Shown in pieces: positions 9,888-22,106 of a DNA stretch of 64,000 bases. Source of the DNA: Pasteurellaceae bacterium Orientalotternb1 (lineage in GTDB: Bacteria; Pseudomonadota; Gammaproteobacteria; Enterobacterales; Pasteurellaceae); NCBI GenBank assembly GCA_011455275.1, contig CP015028.1, forward strand, positions 592,911 to 656,910, written 5' to 3'. The translations under genes were made by a program, and so were the position numbers. The notes under the pieces are model-generated. The model saw nothing but the letters and a program-made list of their open reading frames with translations. It was not told the DNA's origin and searched no databases. How positions within the stretch are numbered: position 1 is the first letter of the stretch; each line of letters opens with the position of its first letter.

Positions 9888-11918
9888 TTAGGAAATACCT
9901 TTATGGCGGAGTAATGCATCAAGGGTTGGTTTACGCCCACGGAAGCGTTCGAATAACACCATCGGTTCTTCTGAACCGCCACGGGTGAGAATGTTTTGTA
10001 AGAACGATTCGCCCACTTCACGGCTGAAAATGCCTTCTTCTTCAAAACGTGAGAACGCATCGGCAGAGAGCACTTCTGCCCATAAGTAGCTGTAATAGCC
10101 CGCCGCATAACCGCCTGCGAAGATATGCCCAAAGCTGTGCGGGGTGCGGACGAAGGTTGGAATTTCGACCACGGCCACCTGTTTTTTCACTTCACGCAAC
10201 ACGTCCATCACGATATTTTCACGAGGTTCGCTCATATGTAAGCGGAAGTCGAAAATACCAAATTCCAACTGACGTAACACGAACATCGCCGCTTGGTAGT
10301 TTTTCGCTTTGAGTAATTGGGTGAGTTTCTCTTTCGGTAATGGCTCGCCTGTTTGGTAATGTCCTGAAATGAACGCTAGAGCTTCTTCTTCCCAGCACCA
10401 GTTTTCAAGGAATTGACTTGGTAATTCGACAGCGTCCCACGCCACGCCGTTGATCCCCGCCACATCACCGACATCAATTTCGGTGAGCATATGGTGAATG
10501 CCGTGTCCGAATTCGTGGAATAGGGTGGTAACTTCTTCCATGGTGAACATCGCAGGCTTGTCGCCGATAGGTTTGTTGAAGTTACAGGTGAGATAAGCGA
10601 CAGGTTTTTGTAACGAACCGTCCGCTAACCGTTTTTGGCTGATGCAGTCGTCCATCCACGCCCCGCCACGCTTGTGTTCACGGGCGTATAAGTCAAGATA
10701 GAATGAGCCACGCAAGCGGTCGGTTTCATCGAAAATATCGAAAAAGCGAACGCTCTCGTGGTAGGTTTCCACATCAAAACGTTCCACCACTTTCATACCG
10801 AAAATGCGGTTGAGTAATTCGTATAAGCCTGAAAGTACTCGCTCTTCTGGGAAATATGGGCGGAGTTCTTCATCGTTGATCGCATACAACGCTTGTTTTT
10901 GTTTTTCGCTGTAAAAGGCGATGTCCCACGGTTGCAGGTCGTTCATACCGAATTCTTTGGCGGCAAAGGCTTTGAGTTCAGCCAACTCTTTTTCGCCTTG
11001 AGCCTTGGAACGGTTGGCTAAACCTTCAAGGAAATCGACCACTTGTTTCGGGCTTTCTGCCATTTTGGTGGCAAGGGAATAATCGGCGTAGGTTTCAAAG
11101 CCAAGCAAGTGGGCGAGTTCTTGGCGAAGTTTAAGGGTTTCCGCCATAATCCCCGAGTTATCCCATTTACCAGCGTTTACGCCTTGGTCGGAGGCACGGG
11201 TGTTATAGGCTTCGTACATTTGCTGGCGAAGCTCACGGTTTTCGCAGTAGGTCATCACAGGCAAATAGCTTGGAAATTCAAGGGTGAAGCGGTAGCCCGT
11301 TTTGCCTTTGCTTTCAGCATCAAGTTTTGCCGCTTCTAATGCGGACTCTGGCAAGCCTTTGAGTTCGTCCGCATTGTCGATCACCACGTCCCAACCCATT
11401 GTGGCATCAAGCACGTTGTTGCTAAATTGTGAGCTGAGTTCGGATAAACGCATTGAAATTTCGCCGTAGCGTTTTTGTTTTTCCGCTGGTAATGAGATGC
11501 CCGACAATTCAAAATCACGCAGGCTATTTTCTACCGCTTTTTTTTGTGAGAGAGAGTAAGTGGCAAATTCAGGGCTATTTTTAAGTTTGACATAGCCTTG
11601 ATACAAACCTTGATGTTGTCCCGCCCAAGTGCTGTATTCCGACAATAACGGCAAACAGGCTTGATAAGCTTCACGCAATTCAGGGCTGTTTTTCACCGCA
11701 TTTAAATGCCCGACGGGCGACCACGCACGAGCCAGTTTATCCCCCGACATCGCTTGTGGCATATAGAAATTATCCCACGTTGGATTTTCGATTTGAGCGA
11801 CCTGTTCGATGGTGTTGCGACAATCTTGCAATAATTGCGTGATGGCAGGTTGAATGTGTTCAGGTTTGATTTGTGAAAATTTTGGTAAGCCAGTGGCATT
11901 TAACAATGGATTTGACAT
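9888..11918 (-). CDS. prlC: Oligopeptidase A (M3 family zinc metallopeptidase)
   Basis: 676 aa. HEFGHGIHH zinc-binding motif and full-length similarity to the OpdA/PrlC architecture. Confidence 0.9.
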   Translation of the reverse strand: MSNPLLNATGLPKFSQIKPEHIQPAITQLLQDCRNTIEQVAQIENPTWDNFYMPQAMSGDKLARAWSPVGHLNAVKNSPELREAYQACLPLLSEYSTWAGQHQGLYQGYVKLKNSPEFATYSLSQKKAVENSLRDFELSGISLPAEKQKRYGEISMRLSELSSQFSNNVLDATMGWDVVIDNADELKGLPESALEAAKLDAESKGKTGYRFTLEFPSYLPVMTYCENRELRQQMYEAYNTRASDQGVNAGKWDNSGIMAETLKLRQELAHLLGFETYADYSLATKMAESPKQVVDFLEGLANRSKAQGEKELAELKAFAAKEFGMNDLQPWDIAFYSEKQKQALYAINDEELRPYFPEERVLSGLYELLNRIFGMKVVERFDVETYHESVRFFDIFDETDRLRGSFYLDLYAREHKRGGAWMDDCISQKRLADGSLQKPVAYLTCNFNKPIGDKPAMFTMEEVTTLFHEFGHGIHHMLTEIDVGDVAGINGVAWDAVELPSQFLENWCWEEEALAFISGHYQTGEPLPKEKLTQLLKAKNYQAAMFVLRQLEFGIFDFRLHMSEPRENIVMDVLREVKKQVAVVEIPTFVRTPHSFGHIFAGGYAAGYYSYLWAEVLSADAFSRFEEEGIFSREVGESFLQNILTRGGSEEPMVLFERFRGRKPTLDALLRHKGIS

Positions 11919-11935
11919 AGTTCCTTCCTTTTAGT

Positions 11936-12023
11936 GTAGGGTGGGTCTTGACCCACCATTTGTAAAATTTTTCCAAAAAGTAACCGCTTGTAAATAACAA
12001 AGGTGGGGCAAGCCCCACCCTAC
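11936..12023. repeat. MITE-like palindromic element, family B copy 1 (GTAGGGTGGGTCTTGACCCACC ... USS ... GGTGGGGCAAGCCCCACCCTAC)
   Basis: The termini are inverted repeats of each other, and each terminus is itself a hairpin. There is an internal AACCGCTTGT USS. A second copy lies at 60135..60227. Confidence 0.6.
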
Positions 12024-12033
12024 AAGGTATGAT

Positions 12034-13707
<1,674 letters not shown>

Positions 13708-13776
13708 TCAGGAATGGTGTAAAACCATCAGGACGGGAGCATAGTCTACAGCAATTTACCGCTGATGACTAGGGCT

Positions 13777-13847
13777 GCAAGCGGTCAGATCCAGTAAAAG
13801 TTTTGCAAAAGGCATTTGCAAAAAAATGTCGTAAACCGACCGCTTGT
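13777..13847. terminator. Inverted USS pair hairpin between pyrG start region and malT end
   Basis: GCAAGCGGTCAGAT...AAAAGTTTTGCAAAAGGCATTTGCAAAAAAA...GACCGCTTGT. Confidence 0.45.
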
Positions 13848-13851
13848 CTTC

Positions 13852-16566
13852 TCAATGATAGCCCATCATTCGCAACAAACTGCGGGTATATTCAATCGCT
13901 TCGCTGCGGTTGGCAACGCCGATTTTTTGATAGAGATTGCGGATATGGGTTTTGATGGTAGTCATTGCCACTACCAGTTCTTGGGAAATTTGTTCGTTGC
14001 TGTAACCCGAGTAGATCAGCCCGAGCACTTGCCATTCCCGTTGGGTGAGTGGGCTGATTTTGAGCAGCTCTGGCACTTGCGGATTTTCCAGCAAACTTTT
14101 CACAAATTCTTCATCGAAATGGGCGGTTTTGTGGCGGTTGTGCTGGTTGATGCTACGTAAAATAAATTGAGCTTTATGGGTGGACAATTCGTCCAACACA
14201 TTGAGCTGCAACAGTTGGCGGATCTGCTGGGCGATCAAATCCCCTTCAATCACAAATGCACTGATGAAATTAGTTTGTTGGCTCAAATTAAGTGCTTGGA
14301 TCAGATCTCGCTGTGCCAAATCTTTTTTGCCTTGTAGATAATGCAGGCGATTTCGCAGAATCAACGCCCGTTGGCTATCGCTCACCAAGTTAAAAATTGC
14401 GGTGGTTTTCAGCAGACTATTGAGAATTTTCAACGCTTGTTCGTAATCTTCTTGCAGCAAATAGCAGCGCGCGATATTCCGCCATTGCCGTTGGGTGAAG
14501 TGATTATGCTCTTGGCTTGGGAAATTCGCCTGTGCCAACCAGCTTTCAAGCGGTGCGGTTTCGCCTTTCATTTGCCAATAGATTAGCTGCACTTCATCCA
14601 AGGCAGTGATCCAATCTTTATGCGGCGAGCTACGAGTGAGCAAGGCTCGGCAGCGGTCGATCAGGCGTTCGGCGTTGTTTAAATCGCCTTTAGTCAAAGA
14701 CGTTTTCGCCAGCAACGCCAAACATTGAATTTGCTCTTCTTCGTTGTCCAACACTTCAATGCCCGCATTTGCCATCGCTTCTGCTTGATCGAGATGGTGC
14801 CATTCCCACAAAATTTGCCCTTTTAACCGCAACAAAAATTCGTTCATCGGAATTTGACGAAATTCGTGAGTTTGTTGAGTCGTTTCTTTGAGTAAGTCGT
14901 ACGCCGATTGCCAAAAGCCTTGAGCAGAAAGGATTTCTGACTGCTGCAAGCGAGACCATAACCAGTGGTGATAAGCACGTTGAGTGGTTGCTAGTTTTTC
15001 CACCTGTTGCATCAACGCCAAACCTTCTTTCAAATAGCCTCGGCAATGTTGGGCTTCGCCAATCACGGATTTCGCCACGATTTGAGCGTAGCCAAACTGA
15101 CTTGGCAGATTCCGTAAGGCTTGATTAGCAAGCAAATACGCCTGTTCTTCATCTCCTGCATTGATTGCCACTTGGGCTTTGAGGGCATCAAAACGCCCTT
15201 GTAGGCTTTCGGTAAGCGGTTGTTTTGGCTGGAATTTTTGTAAAATGCCGCTCACTTCTTGGTGACGGTGCTGACTCTGTGCCAACCACGCTTTGAGCAA
15301 TACCAAATTTTCATCTTGCCATAGTTGCTCCGCAGGTAGATGATTCAAACAATCTTCAATCAATTTGAGCTGTCCTTGGTGGAACAGCGACCAGCCGTGT
15401 TCTTGCAGAATTTGATAGAGTGTGGTTGGGTTGTCCAACATTTGAGCGTGATACAACGCCTCCGAACCGTAGCCCAGCTTCAACCACATCATCGCTGCGG
15501 TTTGGTGCAGTTGCTGCCATTCATTTGGCAATTCTAAGCGGCAACTTTGCGACAAGTAAGAGGCTAAAATCGGGTGAAATTTCCACCAAAGTTCGCCATC
15601 ATCCTGTTGCAATCGCTGAATAAACAGCCCTTGTTTTTCCAGCTCATCGAGCTTTTTCACCCCATTTTCATCTTGAGTGAGAGCAAGCACCAGTTTTTCA
15701 TTCATCGAACGTAAAATCGCACAGCGTTGCATAAACTGTTTGATCGCAGGATCGACATAATGGAACACTTCTTCGTTCAGATAATCGGCGATATGTTGTT
15801 GATTTAATTTGGTAAATAACTTTTCTGGGAACTGTAACAATTCGGCATTTTGGCGAATGGTGAAAATCATCAATTGTAACGCTGTTGCCCAGCCTTCGAC
15901 CCGATCACAAAGGGCAAACACCGTTTCATCGCTTAAGGTTTGATGAAGTTTCTGTTCAAAAAATTGACGGGCTTCGCTGGGGCTAAAGGCAAGCTGATGG
16001 ACATCAATTTCCAACAGTTTTTCGTGAATACGTAGATTCGTAATGCTCAGCGGCGGCACAAGACGAGAGAGCAACACAAGACTCATCGTGCGAGGTTGAT
16101 GTTTCAGCCAAAAACGCAGGGCATCGTGGATTTCACTGTTGTCGATGAGGTGGTAGTCGTCAATGATCAGATAAAAATGCTCATTGACATCGTGCAGCCG
16201 CACTAATAATTGCCCAAAGTAATCGATTAGGTCGTTTTGATAGTTAATGCCTTGCAGTGAAATGCCTGTTGCCTTGGCAAGTGCGGTGGAAAAATAGTGA
16301 GAAAATTGCTCCGCTTTGTTATCGCTTTCATCTAGGGTGAACCACGCAAGCGGCGTATTTTCCGCCAGTAAACGGGCTTTCCATTGCAGCACCAAGGTAG
16401 TTTTGCCATAGCCTGCAGGTGCCGTGATCAATGTCAACGGATAAGCTTTTGCTTGTTCTAAGACCCGCAACAACGCGCCCCGTTCCACGCCCTGTTTATC
16501 ACGTGGTTCACTCGGATTGTTGCTAAAAATCAGCTTTGTGGGGATTAACTTTGTAACAACTTGCAT
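13852..16566 (-). CDS. malT: Maltose regulon transcriptional activator MalT (ATP-dependent LuxR family)
   Basis: 904 aa. N-terminal P-loop ITAPAGYGKTTL, and C-terminal LuxR HTH (LTQREWQVLGLIYSGYSNEQISQELVVAMTTIKTHIRNLYQKIG). Confidence 0.9.
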   Translation of the reverse strand: MQVVTKLIPTKLIFSNNPSEPRDKQGVERGALLRVLEQAKAYPLTLITAPAGYGKTTLVLQWKARLLAENTPLAWFTLDESDNKAEQFSHYFSTALAKATGISLQGINYQNDLIDYFGQLLVRLHDVNEHFYLIIDDYHLIDNSEIHDALRFWLKHQPRTMSLVLLSRLVPPLSITNLRIHEKLLEIDVHQLAFSPSEARQFFEQKLHQTLSDETVFALCDRVEGWATALQLMIFTIRQNAELLQFPEKLFTKLNQQHIADYLNEEVFHYVDPAIKQFMQRCAILRSMNEKLVLALTQDENGVKKLDELEKQGLFIQRLQQDDGELWWKFHPILASYLSQSCRLELPNEWQQLHQTAAMMWLKLGYGSEALYHAQMLDNPTTLYQILQEHGWSLFHQGQLKLIEDCLNHLPAEQLWQDENLVLLKAWLAQSQHRHQEVSGILQKFQPKQPLTESLQGRFDALKAQVAINAGDEEQAYLLANQALRNLPSQFGYAQIVAKSVIGEAQHCRGYLKEGLALMQQVEKLATTQRAYHHWLWSRLQQSEILSAQGFWQSAYDLLKETTQQTHEFRQIPMNEFLLRLKGQILWEWHHLDQAEAMANAGIEVLDNEEEQIQCLALLAKTSLTKGDLNNAERLIDRCRALLTRSSPHKDWITALDEVQLIYWQMKGETAPLESWLAQANFPSQEHNHFTQRQWRNIARCYLLQEDYEQALKILNSLLKTTAIFNLVSDSQRALILRNRLHYLQGKKDLAQRDLIQALNLSQQTNFISAFVIEGDLIAQQIRQLLQLNVLDELSTHKAQFILRSINQHNRHKTAHFDEEFVKSLLENPQVPELLKISPLTQREWQVLGLIYSGYSNEQISQELVVAMTTIKTHIRNLYQKIGVANRSEAIEYTRSLLRMMGYH

Positions 16567-16748
16567 AGTGTTTCGCTCCGCATCATCGACAAGCGATCAA
16601 ATTTTAGCAAATTTTCTTTAAAAATGGAGAAAAAAGCATAGATGTTTTTGCTAACTATATTAAGAGGTTAAATAAAAATAAGGGGAGATTTTCCAGTCCA
16701 ATTAATCATCACGTGATCTTGCACATTTGAGCCAGCCTTGTGGAAAAA

Positions 16749-16772
16749 CGAGTACGAAAAGGTTCGTACTCG
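16749..16772 (-). terminator. Rho-independent terminator of malK-lamB-malM operon
   Basis: Perfect 10-bp stem cgagtacgaa/ttcgtactcg with a 4-nt loop. On the minus strand it is followed by TTTTTCC. Confidence 0.5.
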
Positions 16773-16819
16773 TCTAATTTACTACTACAAGCGGTCAGAT
16801 TCTTGGCTTTTTTTGCAAA

Positions 16820-17677
16820 TTATTTGGCAGAAACGTGTTTGATGAAAATTTGTCTTGGCTGTTTTAAACCAAGCTGTTCAGCTTCATTGACCAAATTCAT
16901 CGCTTTGTTGATGTCGTTGTTTTTCAAGGCTTGTTTCACTGCGTTGTTGAAATACTGTTCTGTGCTAGATTCCACTGGCTGTGTCGCTTTGCTTGCGGTT
17001 TTTTCGGTTTTGGCAACGGCTTGTGTGCCGACCACTTTGGGGGCAGGCTGCTTGCTTTCAAATAATGGTCCAGTTAAACCGATAAATTGGCTCGATTGCA
17101 CGCCGTCCACTTCCACAATTACTTTGCCTTGGTTGCGATGCACCACTTCAATATCAGCAATCGCAGGCGGTTGGTTGCCTTTTGCTTTGGCAAGCATTTT
17201 TGCTGGGTGGGTCATAATGGTTTTGCCTTGGAGATCTTGCTCGGTGGTGTAGATCAACAAATAGATAAAATCTTGATTTGGCGTTGGCGTTAGGCTCAAC
17301 TCCGCTTGATATTGTGCTCCAGACAAGCCTCGTTCTTCGGCAAACTGAAATTGTTTGGCGGGGTAAGTTAATGACGGGGTGAAATGGCTATCTAGCACCA
17401 GCACATTTGGCACAAATACGCTGTTGTCTTTTTGCACAGGACTTTTAATTTGAATTTTCACTGCACCTTGATTCGCAGGAATTTTATAGCCAACCACGGC
17501 ACCGCTAACGCCTTGAATCGTTGGCATTGCTTGAGCAGCGACTGTTGCTGTCTGTTGTTGGTTTAAATTGAGATTTTGCCATTGCACGTTGGCAAGTTCA
17601 TTTTGATTTGGGCTTAAGGCTTGAACAGACAGGCTGAACAAGAGAGCGGATAAACAGAGTGCGATTTTGCTTTTCAT
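16820..17677 (-). CDS. malM: Maltose operon periplasmic protein MalM
   Basis: MKSKIALCLSALLFSLSVQA signal peptide, and position downstream of lamB. The ORF-track start (17734, TTG) is probably too far upstream. The internal ATG coordinate is approximate to within 1 nt. Confidence 0.8.
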   Translation of the reverse strand: MKSKIALCLSALLFSLSVQALSPNQNELANVQWQNLNLNQQQTATVAAQAMPTIQGVSGAVVGYKIPANQGAVKIQIKSPVQKDNSVFVPNVLVLDSHFTPSLTYPAKQFQFAEERGLSGAQYQAELSLTPTPNQDFIYLLIYTTEQDLQGKTIMTHPAKMLAKAKGNQPPAIADIEVVHRNQGKVIVEVDGVQSSQFIGLTGPLFESKQPAPKVVGTQAVAKTEKTASKATQPVESSTEQYFNNAVKQALKNNDINKAMNLVNEAEQLGLKQPRQIFIKHVSAK

Positions 17678-17795
17678 AAATTCTCCGAAAGAGAGTAAAA
17701 GGACGCCAAAAAGGCGTCCAATGTGTAACAGCAAGCGGTCACTTTCGGCAAAAATTTTGCAAATTTTTTAGCAGAACTGACCGCTTGTAGGGGGA

Positions 17796-19112
<1,317 letters not shown>

Positions 19113-19253
19113 CTATGAAACTAAAATTCATTTAAAAATCAAATGGTTATTGATTTTTTATGTGCATCATCTATAATGCACAAGTGCTTTTTTTACACAT
19201 AAAAAAAGCGTGTATTCTGCTAAAACTTTTCGGTTATTGTCAGCTGAATCGAA

Positions 19254-20393
19254 TTACACTCCCAACTCTTTAAACAACCGTCTGCACGCAGTACCGTCTT
19301 CTTTGAATAAGTGACAACGGTTTGGATTGATACCTACAGACATTTCATCGCCTTCTTGTACGAGCACGATGTCGTTTTGGCGGTAAACCAAACTCTGTTT
19401 GATTGGCGGCATTTCGATATAAACTTGGGTTTCGTTACCGAGCTGTTCTACCACTTTTACGGATCCTTTAATGCAGACTTCGCTTTGATCGCAAGGCAAT
19501 AAATGTTCAGGACGAATGCCGAGTGAGAGATTGTCGCCCACTTTCACGCCTTTGCCTTCCACAGGTATCCAGAAGGTGAGATGGGTCGAGTCTGGCATTT
19601 CGATTTTGACGGCATCTTGTTTCACTTCCACCACACGCACAGGGATAAAATTCATTTTCGGTGAGCCAATAAACCCAGCCACAAAACGGTTGGCAGGGTA
19701 GTGGTAGAGTTCAAGTGGTTTGCCGACTTGTGCGACGTTGGAGGTGATATTTGGATTGTTGCCGAGAGCTTGTAATACCACGATTTTGTCGGCAAGCGTC
19801 ATCGCTTCTACTTGGTCGTGGGTAACATAAATCATCGTTCTGCCTAGTTTTTTGTGCAGCTTGGAAATCTCCACTCGCATTTGCACCCGCAATGCCGCAT
19901 CTAAGTTAGAAAGTGGTTCATCGAGCAAAAATACTTCGGGTTGTGAAACGAGTGTACGACCGATTGCTACACGTTGGCGTTGTCCACCAGAAAGCTCTTT
20001 CGGTTTGCGTTGTAAGAGGTGAGCGAGTTGTAAAATTTCGGCGACTTGATTGACACGTTGCTCGATTTCGTCTTTCTTTTTACCTGCGAGTTTCATCCCA
20101 AAAGACATATTTTCTGCCACGTTTAAATGTGGATAGAGAGCATAAGATTGGAACACCATACCAATGTTGCGTTTGGCAGGTGGAATGTCGTTCATACGCG
20201 TATCACCAATAAATAAATCGCCCGATGTGATCTCTTCTAACCCTGCGATCATACGCAATACGGTGGATTTTCCACAGCCAGATGGGCCAACAAAGACGAC
20301 AAATTCACCTTCTTTGATGTCGAGGTTGATATTTTTTGAAATATGTACATCGCCATAAGATTTGTTGATGCCTGTTAATTTTACATCTGCCAT
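19254..20393 (-). CDS. malK: Maltose/maltodextrin ABC transporter ATP-binding protein
   Basis: Walker [13 protein letters not shown] signature LSGGQRQR, and the C-terminal MalK regulatory (TOBE) domain. The start is taken at MADVKLTG, with a GGAGA RBS. Confidence 0.9.
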   Translation of the reverse strand: MADVKLTGINKSYGDVHISKNINLDIKEGEFVVFVGPSGCGKSTVLRMIAGLEEITSGDLFIGDTRMNDIPPAKRNIGMVFQSYALYPHLNVAENMSFGMKLAGKKKDEIEQRVNQVAEILQLAHLLQRKPKELSGGQRQRVAIGRTLVSQPEVFLLDEPLSNLDAALRVQMRVEISKLHKKLGRTMIYVTHDQVEAMTLADKIVVLQALGNNPNITSNVAQVGKPLELYHYPANRFVAGFIGSPKMNFIPVRVVEVKQDAVKIEMPDSTHLTFWIPVEGKGVKVGDNLSLGIRPEHLLPCDQSEVCIKGSVKVVEQLGNETQVYIEMPPIKQSLVYRQNDIVLVQEGDEMSVGINPNRCHLFKEDGTACRRLFKELGV

Positions 20394-20518
20394 ATTGATT
20401 CTCCGCAAAACAAATTTACGGTAGAGAGTACGCTCTTTTGTTTATATTGGCATCATCCTCTGGTAATAAAAATGAGTGGGCGATTTGTAAATTTTTAGTC
20501 GGAAGTGACCGCTTGTTT

Positions 20519-20534
20519 TGTGAGTGAGATCACA
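20519..20534. promoter_or_regulatory. Consensus CRP binding site 1 (TGTGA-gtgaga-TCACA) in malK/malE divergent control region
   Basis: Perfect match to both CRP half-sites with 6-bp spacing. Confidence 0.6.
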
Positions 20535-20551
20535 AAAATGGAGTGATTTTT

Positions 20552-20567
20552 TGTGACCCACTTCACA
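20552..20567. promoter_or_regulatory. Consensus CRP binding site 2 (TGTGA-cccact-TCACA)
   Basis: Perfect half-sites, centred 33 bp from site 1. MalT-box-like GGATGA/GGGGAATGA motifs are nearby (about 20452 and 20617-20641). Confidence 0.6.
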
Positions 20568-20706
20568 AATTTAGTATGGGAATTCAAAAATGAGAACTAG
20601 ATCACGAATTTCTTGATGGGGTATGAGAAGGGGGAATGATGCTTCTTGTGATGTAATAAATAAAGATACCGCTGAAAAATTCCATTTACTTAATGAGGAA
20701 CATACA

Positions 20707-21891
20707 ATGAAAAAATTAACGAACACAGCTTTAGCCGTTCTTGCAGGTTTATTTGTCGCACAAGGCGTAAGTGCAAAAATTGTAGAAGGGCAATTAAATA
20801 TTTGGATTAATGCAGATAAAGGCTACAACGGCTTAGCCGAAGTAGGTAAGCAATTTGAAGCGGAAACGGGTGTGAAAGTGGTAGTTGAACACCCGAGTAA
20901 GTTAGAAGAACTTTATCCGCAAGTTGCGTCAACAGGTGATGGTCCAGATATCATTATTTTCGCTCACGACCGTTTCGGTGGTTATGCACAAGCAGGCTTA
21001 TTAGCCGAAGTGCAGCCGTCTGCAGAATTTAAAGCGAAATTGTCTGACATCGGTTGGGAAGCAACCAAATACAAAGGTAAACAAATTGCTTATCCAATTG
21101 CAATTGAATCCCTTTCTTTAATTTACAACAAAGACTTGGTGCCAACTCCACCGAAAACTTGGGAAGAAGTAGAAAAATTAGATAAAGAATTGCGTGCCAA
21201 AGGCAAAACCGCCATTATGTGGAACTTAGCAGAGCCATATTTCACTTGGCCAATCGTGTCATCACAAGGGGCTTATGCGTTCAAAATGACGCCAAATGGT
21301 TATGATGCGAAAGACATTGGCGTAAACAACGATGCGGCACAAAAAGGCTTACAATTTGTGGTTGATTTGGTGAAAAATAAAGTGATCAGTGCCGATATGG
21401 ATTACTCTGTAGCTGAAGCATCATTCAACAAAGGTAACACGGCAATGACGATTAACGGTCCTTGGTCTTGGGCAAATATCGAGAAAAGCGGCATTAACTA
21501 TGGCGTGGCGGTATTACCAACCTTAAACGGCAAAGCGTCTAAACCATTCGTTGGCGTACTTAGTGCAGGGGTGAACTCGGCTAGTCCGAACCAAGATCTT
21601 GCGAAAGAGTTCTTAGAAAACCACTTGCTGACGGATATGGGGTTAGAAACCGTGAATAAAGATGCTCCACTTGGTGCCGTAGCATTAAAAAGCTATCAGG
21701 CGAAATTAGCATCTGATCCACGTATTGCAGCAACTATGCAAAATGCAGAAAACGGTGAAGTGATGCCAAATATCCCGCAAATGAGCCGTTTCTGGTACTC
21801 TGAAAAAGCGGCAATCAATGCGGCGGTAACAGGTCGTCAGTCAGTGAAAGCTGCACTTGATGAAGCTCAAGCAAAAATTGAGAAAGAGTAA
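20707..21891 (+). CDS. malE: Maltose/maltodextrin-binding periplasmic protein
   Basis: Signal peptide [23 protein letters not shown] then [28 protein letters not shown], highly similar to MalE. GAGGA RBS. The ORF-track start at 20623 is an upstream extension. Confidence 0.9.
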   Translation: MKKLTNTALAVLAGLFVAQGVSAKIVEGQLNIWINADKGYNGLAEVGKQFEAETGVKVVVEHPSKLEELYPQVASTGDGPDIIIFAHDRFGGYAQAGLLAEVQPSAEFKAKLSDIGWEATKYKGKQIAYPIAIESLSLIYNKDLVPTPPKTWEEVEKLDKELRAKGKTAIMWNLAEPYFTWPIVSSQGAYAFKMTPNGYDAKDIGVNNDAAQKGLQFVVDLVKNKVISADMDYSVAEASFNKGNTAMTINGPWSWANIEKSGINYGVAVLPTLNGKASKPFVGVLSAGVNSASPNQDLAKEFLENHLLTDMGLETVNKDAPLGAVALKSYQAKLASDPRIAATMQNAENGEVMPNIPQMSRFWYSEKAAINAAVTGRQSVKAALDEAQAKIEKE

Positions 21892-21897
21892 AATATA

Positions 21898-22037
21898 ATT
21901 CTGCCCCGCTTTAGCGGGGGAAGTGGTTGAGCGGAGCGAAACCGAAGGGGGAAAATTGCAAAATTTTTTGAAAATCTGACCGCTTGTTCCCCCTACCCTG
22001 CCTACGGCAGTACCTCCCCCGCAAGCGGGGGCAGAAT
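21898..22037. repeat. MITE-like element family A copy 1 (ATTCTGCCCCGCTTTAGCGGGGGAAG ... internal USS ... CCCCCGCAAGCGGGGGCAGAAT)
   Basis: The terminal inverted repeats are the same as those flanking the DUF559 gene at 63500..63978. The right half matches the long 54-bp TIR. Lies between malE and malF. Confidence 0.7.
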
Positions 22038-22106
22038 GTATTCTTACAAGCGGTTATTTTCCCAATAAATTCCATTCCTACCAGCAGTAAACAAAAGGAA
22101 CATTCG

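Noticed and set aside
9107-9900. XRE regulator + small ORF as a prophage remnant
   Set aside because: There are no integrase, att-like repeats or other phage genes. The region is too small, so it is described only as a regulator/small-peptide module.
16680-16740. Possible CRP site (TGTGCaagatcACGTG) in the malT upstream region
   Set aside because: Only one half-site matches well. The other matches 1-2 of 5 positions, so it is not reportable as a site.
16740-17252. 170-aa ORF antisense to malM, plus many 60-115-aa ORFs antisense to malT, prlC, lamB, accB (Ala/Gly-rich 28640..28888) and the flotillin gene (31818..32255)
   Set aside because: These lie fully inside well-supported genes on the opposite strand. 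They are low-complexity or compositionally driven and have no RBS. Typical six-frame noise.
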